Shown in pieces: positions 59,089-64,000 of a stretch of 64,000 nt of DNA. Each line of letters begins with the position of its first letter. Positions within the stretch are counted from its first letter, which is position 1. The translations under genes and the position numbers were made by a program. Under the pieces are notes generated by a model, which saw only the letters and a program-made list of their open reading frames with translations, did no database searches and was not told where the DNA came from. The DNA comes from a virus. The stretch lies in the IMG/VR virus record IMGVR_UViG_3300007735_000801; one strand, 5' to 3'.

Positions 59089-59661
59089 TTAATTTTGTCT
59101 TTGTTTAATAAATCCGTGTGTATCCAATGGAGGAGTAATTGCGCCCATAGTTTTTTGACCTTGTTCTGGGTTATCGCCACTATAGCGTACAACATCAGCA
59201 GACATCTTGTATAGACCAGATGGTGCCTCTTGAATTCCCAAAGCAATGGCTAGATGATCTCCGTCAAGAGTATCCTCAACGCCATCAGTTGTCTTGAATC
59301 CATCCTTCATCAGGTTGTGTTCTGGTGTGGTACCAAACGTGCCACCAAAGCGACTAAGCTTCAGGTATTGTGTTTGACCAACATTCAATTCAGTCTTGCC
59401 ATTAAACTCAAAATCTAAACCAGCCAAGTTGATCTTGACTCGCATCAAAGACAAAGCTGCACGAGGTTCCAGATATTCACGTCCTGTGAATGCGTTCAAG
59501 AATGCTTGAATTCTCTGAACTTGTTGGTTGTCTTCGATACGGTGAATGCCGAAGTCGCTTTGAGCAGACTGCACACTTTGTGCTGGGTATCCCCCAAGAG
59601 CTCCGCCTTCGGTATTTTCACCTTCGTTTAATTGTAATCGTAAATCTTTGTATTTTTTCAT
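59089..59661 (-). CDS. Hypothetical protein, candidate head protein
   Basis: MKKYKDLRLQLNE N-terminus; TATAAATA at 59676-59683 and AGGAG SD. Confidence 0.65.
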   Translation of the reverse strand: MKKYKDLRLQLNEGENTEGGALGGYPAQSVQSAQSDFGIHRIEDNQQVQRIQAFLNAFTGREYLEPRAALSLMRVKINLAGLDFEFNGKTELNVGQTQYLKLSRFGGTFGTTPEHNLMKDGFKTTDGVEDTLDGDHLAIALGIQEAPSGLYKMSADVVRYSGDNPEQGQKTMGAITPPLDTHGFIKQRQN

Positions 59662-59710
59662 TTTTGTCTCCTTTGTATTTATACGGAATTAATCTAATCT
59701 TTATGTGCTA

Positions 59711-60847
59711 TTACTGAAATAGTCCTGGATTGGTTGCAGCATAGGCTGTTCTTGCGTCGCCTCTTTCACGTGCAGCCTTACCTTGTGCGTTTGTAGCACC
59801 TTGAGTGCCTGGAATATTTGCAACAGTTCTACGACTAGTAACAAACTTCTTTTGTCTGGTTTGCTTATCCGCTTCTTCTCTATTTCTGGCTACGGTTTTG
59901 CGGTTTCCACCAGTTCTAGATCTCTTTGTTATTTCTTTTTCTCGCTTTTCGTGTTCAGGACCAGCATGTCGTTGTCTTTGCATACCTTTTCTCTTTTTTC
60001 TACTAAGACTTGAATAATTCTCCTGAGAGGTAAATAAATCTTTACCCTTATGTCCGTTACCACTTCTAGCGTCTATTACTTGAGCGGTAGCAATTCGATG
60101 TGCTGCTTCTTCTTTTGTGTCTCCATTTTTTAATTGAGGATTAAAGCTTTTGCTGCGCAACATAGCGTCTGCACGACGATCACGATCACTAATTTCTGCC
60201 TTTGTCATAGAAAATTCGTTATCTTTGTTAACAACTTCTTCAGTAATATTGCCAAAGAATCTAGTCTTTAGGCGATCACACAACAACAAACTAATGTCTT
60301 CATTCACAGTGCGTTTACTAATTTCAACAGCAGCTAATTGTTTTAACGCCTTTTCTTTGGTTGGATGACTGCCTAATACTCGTCCACCGCCCTCTGTTGT
60401 TACAACGTATTTATCTCCACGCTTATGAATTTCTTCCTGAATCAATTCACCATCACTATTGTCCACAATAGTATGGGCATGTTTTCTCTTTTTCTCAGGC
60501 TTATCAATAATAATTTTAACATTTTCACAAATAATTTTAACTATATTTTGCGAGTAAACGACTTTCTTTAGAAATTCTCCTTCGTAAAGAGCACAATTAC
60601 CCTTGAATTGACCAAAAGTTCCAAAAAAAGTACCTTCATCCGACTCTAATAATGCCTTTTTTCCAATTAATTTATTTAAATTTAAATCAGAAATACTATT
60701 TACGTGCTCGGTAATGTATAGGTCTGGTTTGCCTTGCGGAGTAGTGTTTCCAAGATACTTAGCCTTTATCTTATCTTTAAGCTTGTTTGTCTTGTCTTGT
60801 TGATTGCAACCACAACCTTCGCATAGATTTGATAATTTTGTATTCAT
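59711..60847 (-). CDS. Hypothetical 378-aa modular basic protein
   Basis: LCE, ITE, LLE, ICE, IQE, VNE, ITE sites; IHKRGDKYVV...LGSHPTKEKALKQLAAVE module; ACTAAATA 5 nt upstream. Confidence 0.65.
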   Translation of the reverse strand: MNTKLSNLCEGCGCNQQDKTNKLKDKIKAKYLGNTTPQGKPDLYITEHVNSISDLNLNKLIGKKALLESDEGTFFGTFGQFKGNCALYEGEFLKKVVYSQNIVKIICENVKIIIDKPEKKRKHAHTIVDNSDGELIQEEIHKRGDKYVVTTEGGGRVLGSHPTKEKALKQLAAVEISKRTVNEDISLLLCDRLKTRFFGNITEEVVNKDNEFSMTKAEISDRDRRADAMLRSKSFNPQLKNGDTKEEAAHRIATAQVIDARSGNGHKGKDLFTSQENYSSLSRKKRKGMQRQRHAGPEHEKREKEITKRSRTGGNRKTVARNREEADKQTRQKKFVTSRRTVANIPGTQGATNAQGKAARERGDARTAYAATNPGLFQ

Positions 60848-60855
60848 AAAGGTAT

Positions 60856-61482
60856 TTAGTGTTTCTGTAAACCTAGTTGTATGGCTATTAGATTACGAAT
60901 TTTTCCGATTTCTTTGACTACAAGCTCTTTGTCTATTTCTTCTGCCTTTATAGAACTACACCATTGTACCAATACAAAGCCAGTTACTTGGTTTTTAACA
61001 CTTATTGGTAGCACCATAAACGCTTCTATGTTTCGGCTTTCGAAAAATTGTTTGAAATATGAATCTTTCAGGTCCGTAGTATAGGTAATAATTGGGGTAT
61101 TATCCAGAACCAAGCTTAATAGGGGAACAAACAGGGAGCAAAGACTGCCAGTCATTTGTCCAACACAGGACCCTATACCACGAATCAGAGATTCGTGAGT
61201 AACCGAGAACTTTCTCATGGAAATACCGTCCATAAAGTACTCTCCGTTATGAAACTGTAGTATTTGTGTTCTTGCAGAATCTGTTAGGATTCTAAGTTCT
61301 GTGAGAAGTTCGTGTATTTCGCTATGAACCACAAAAAAATTATCACTCCTAAACTGGGTTTTTATCTTGGACCAGCTCTTCCTAAAACCAATCAAAACAC
61401 CAATAGCAATTGCTGTGTAAACTGCCCAATCCTCGAAAACTCGCACAAAATCTTGAGAAATATTAAAATAACCATTTAACAT
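60856..61482 (-). CDS. Single-TM + GAF-like domain protein (T4 holin T-like architecture)
   Basis: One TM (WAVYTAIAIGVLIGF) then ARTQILQFHNG...THE...IEAFMVLPI...VTGFVLVQW. Confidence 0.6.
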   Translation of the reverse strand: MLNGYFNISQDFVRVFEDWAVYTAIAIGVLIGFRKSWSKIKTQFRSDNFFVVHSEIHELLTELRILTDSARTQILQFHNGEYFMDGISMRKFSVTHESLIRGIGSCVGQMTGSLCSLFVPLLSLVLDNTPIITYTTDLKDSYFKQFFESRNIEAFMVLPISVKNQVTGFVLVQWCSSIKAEEIDKELVVKEIGKIRNLIAIQLGLQKH

Positions 61483-61487
61483 ACAAA

Positions 61488-63761
61488 TTACTTCTTTCTT
61501 AACTTCTTTTTGAATTCAGAATATGGACTGTTACAAGTCCCAACTGGATCAGTTGCTCCAGGAGTATCCTTAATAAATTTTTCTCGTAAAGCGTCTGTGC
61601 CTTCAAAACCAGCACCATGATCTTCGTGCATGGCACGATTCTTACTGGCAGACATTGGTTCTAAGTTGTTCATGCTATTATTCTGAGGATTACCGTCTTT
61701 ATGGTTTACATCTTTACCGTCACCTTTATGAACTTTGCCCTTTTTAACCATTTTACGACGTGCAAGAACTCGTTTACTTCGATTAGCACGTTGTTTAGCA
61801 GTACCCTGATAATTGTCGTATTCACGACGATAGTTTCTTTTCTTGGCTTCGGCTAAGACAAACTGCTCACTAATAATACTTAGAGCAGATGTTACGTCTA
61901 AAACACCAAGATTAACTTGTTCCACCAAATAATCATTAGTTAATAGGTATGATTCCATGAGAGAATCTGCACCACGCTCAATGATATCTTCCACATCTCC
62001 CTCTTGATCAAAATTATATTTTACTGGAATAGAAATTTGTTTTTCGCTGGCAGTACCAGAATCAATGGTAATTGTATTACTGGTATCTGAATCACCAGTG
62101 TAGTAGTTTGCGTATACTAACGGTCTTCGAAATACTGCGTCAACCAATTCAATTTCAAATGCTTGCATAAATGCTTGCGGATTAGATATTTGATCTTTCA
62201 TCTTTTCAATATCAATCACAACATCCAGAGCAGATTCGTTTATCTGATTTATTTTCTGCATGAGAGATTGCAGGAATCCTCCACTAGAATCTGGCTTTGC
62301 CTGAAACTTTAAACGCATTTCTGAATCATCAGACTCAGCAAAACCATTAATAAATTCTGGATTTAATGGAATTATTTTTGCATCTGTACCATCTTTATTT
62401 GCAGACAACATTACTTGAGCAGATCCAGCTTGTCCTTCGAATTTACTGTTTCCTGTAATAGCTTCTTGAAGAAATGCAGTTTTTAAAGCAAAATTTTGAT
62501 TAAGATAATCTTCAATTAAATCACCAGCTTTACTGATTAAAGATTGTTGTCTGTTAGAAATAAATTCTTGTTGGCTTCTTTGTTTGGACAGTAACAATGC
62601 ACCTTGTTGTGTCATTGTAGATTGATTTGATTGAATATTATTTTTTGAAAAATCTTGTCTAAGATCTTGAACAAAATCTGTTAGCATTAAACCAAAAGAT
62701 TGCGTTAATTCTGCAGGATCAATAGCAGAAAGAGCAGAAATTAAAATCATTCCTGCTTCTCCCTTTAATCCAGGACGAATCTGTTCGCCAATTTTAACAG
62801 AAACTCCCATAGAACTATTTTCAGAAATACCAATCAATTCTACATTTGGCATTGATTCTGGTATTCCCATACTAGCCCATAATTGTCCAGTAGGATATTG
62901 TGGTTCTGCTGGACTGAATGTCATGCTGGCAGCTTCAGGAAAAGTTTTTGAAATTTCCTTAACAATGCGATTAATAGAATCGCCAAGTGTTCTGCTATTA
63001 TCCATAGCCTGTTGAAATTCTAGAGAAGGTTGTTGACCAGATAAACTATTCAAAGCATCGGGTAGCACTGAACTAATCTGAGCCACGTTGTGATCCCAAT
63101 CAGGATAAGTGGAAAACTCATCAGTAATTTCTTTACCATTCTTTGGTGCTCTTATTTGTGGTGGCGGTGGGGCTTGATTTTTGCCAGAAGATTCTTCTTT
63201 TTCGTTGCCAGCTTTTTCAATTTTACCTATTAATTTAATTGAAGTTTTAGTGTTGATAAAATTATCTTGACCAGAGTAATAAGTTAAATCACGACGACTA
63301 ACATTACCCTTATCATTTTTAGGAAGTTTACCCTTAACTAGAGTGTGAATATTTTTATCAAAATCACTACGTAAAATAATTTCTACTTTATTACTGTTAT
63401 TATTCTTAACAATAATAATTTGACTCATGATATCTGTCTGACCATCCTGACGACGACTTTCTCTTTTACGATCTCGTTCACGATTGGCGGGATTAACTTC
63501 TGGTCGCATCTTTTGCTTGTCACGCTTTAGGGGAGTTCTTTTGGATTCTGCTTCAAATAGTGATTGTATGAAATTTTCTTGTAGTTCGTTAGTTTTGTGT
63601 TTAAACATGGATGGACTCGATTCTTCTGTATTTTTTACATGAAATGGTTGTTGACGAAGCCATTCAAGCTCGTATTCTTTCGTAAAAAGAATGGCAGATT
63701 CTGTTAAAAAATCTGTATATTCTGCACGTTTAAACCAAGATGGGGTGTTATTAATAGGCAC
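61488..63761 (-). CDS. 757-aa multidomain protein with C-terminal HNH module
   Basis: GKDVNHKDGNPQNNSMNNL...SKNR; many LxE sites; CCTAAATA 5 nt before GTG. Confidence 0.7.
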   Translation of the reverse strand: MPINNTPSWFKRAEYTDFLTESAILFTKEYELEWLRQQPFHVKNTEESSPSMFKHKTNELQENFIQSLFEAESKRTPLKRDKQKMRPEVNPANRERDRKRESRRQDGQTDIMSQIIIVKNNNSNKVEIILRSDFDKNIHTLVKGKLPKNDKGNVSRRDLTYYSGQDNFINTKTSIKLIGKIEKAGNEKEESSGKNQAPPPPQIRAPKNGKEITDEFSTYPDWDHNVAQISSVLPDALNSLSGQQPSLEFQQAMDNSRTLGDSINRIVKEISKTFPEAASMTFSPAEPQYPTGQLWASMGIPESMPNVELIGISENSSMGVSVKIGEQIRPGLKGEAGMILISALSAIDPAELTQSFGLMLTDFVQDLRQDFSKNNIQSNQSTMTQQGALLLSKQRSQQEFISNRQQSLISKAGDLIEDYLNQNFALKTAFLQEAITGNSKFEGQAGSAQVMLSANKDGTDAKIIPLNPEFINGFAESDDSEMRLKFQAKPDSSGGFLQSLMQKINQINESALDVVIDIEKMKDQISNPQAFMQAFEIELVDAVFRRPLVYANYYTGDSDTSNTITIDSGTASEKQISIPVKYNFDQEGDVEDIIERGADSLMESYLLTNDYLVEQVNLGVLDVTSALSIISEQFVLAEAKKRNYRREYDNYQGTAKQRANRSKRVLARRKMVKKGKVHKGDGKDVNHKDGNPQNNSMNNLEPMSASKNRAMHEDHGAGFEGTDALREKFIKDTPGATDPVGTCNSPYSEFKKKLRKK

Positions 63762-63769
63762 TAAGTTAT

Positions 63770-64000
63770 TTAGGGATTTTCTGGTTTATCATTTAATGAC
63801 TCAATGGTAAACCCCTTAAATTGCTTTCGTTTGCCCGAAGAAACTTCCCACATAGCAGAACTATTTAAATTGTGTGTTTTACAGAAATTTTCAAAATTAT
63901 CGGTAATGTATCGAATACCTTCTTTGTCAACAAAGACGTATATCTTTCTAGGCTTCTTCTTTTCCCCATCTTGACGATGAAAGAATTGAATATCAGTTTT
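63770..64000 (-). CDS. C-terminal part of a protein with a NUMOD1-like DNA-binding module (truncated by window edge)
   Basis: YVFVDKEG...DNFENFCKTHNLNSSAMWEVSSGKRKQFKGF*, typical of homing-endonuclease C-termini. Confidence 0.55.
   Translation of the reverse strand, partial: KTDIQFFHRQDGEKKKPRKIYVFVDKEGIRYITDNFENFCKTHNLNSSAMWEVSSGKRKQFKGFTIESLNDKPENP

Noticed and set aside
1-64000. Stop-codon reassignment, tRNA or rRNA genes
   Set aside because: Core genes are intact in the standard code and TAA, TGA and TAG all serve as stops; intergenic gaps are short and no cloverleaf was recognised by eye (tRNAscan not run)
1-64000. Assignment as a cyanophage
   Set aside because: Gene order is cyanophage-like, but no photosynthesis or other cyanobacterial auxiliary genes are present; the host cannot be determined from this window

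Overview
This window is 64 kb of a large T4-like (myovirus-type) phage genome, probably environmental, read in the standard genetic code. The + strand (1-50.3 kb) carries neck, terminase, tail and head genes (gp14-15-16-17-18-19-20-21-22-23-3), then recombination, transcription and replication genes (uvsY, uvsW, gp55, gp47/46, rnh, gp45/44/62, regA). A ~17 kb insert between regA and gp43 holds a 16-gene glycan biosynthesis/transfer cluster followed by collagen and fibre genes. After it come gp43, uvsX, gp41, gp61, thyX and a class II RNR. The last ~13.7 kb is mostly on the - strand and mixes lysis-like membrane genes, a trypsin-like protease and a RuvC-like resolvase with an array of uncharacterised proteins. 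Three signals stand out. (1) The array carries T4 capsid-targeting-like N-termini (MKxFxE(Y/F)LxE) and repeated (I/L/V/M)-x-E prohead-protease-type sites that bracket discrete modules (HNH, basic Cys-containing domains, HEAT-like repeats), suggesting a head-packaged, protease-processed cargo system. (2) The glycosylation island follows a late promoter and lies next to collagen and Thr-rich fibre genes, suggesting virion glycosylation. (3) At least eight late-promoter boxes lie only 4-7 nt upstream of start codons, implying systematic leaderless mRNAs. All family calls come from motif recognition and synteny; no searches were run.
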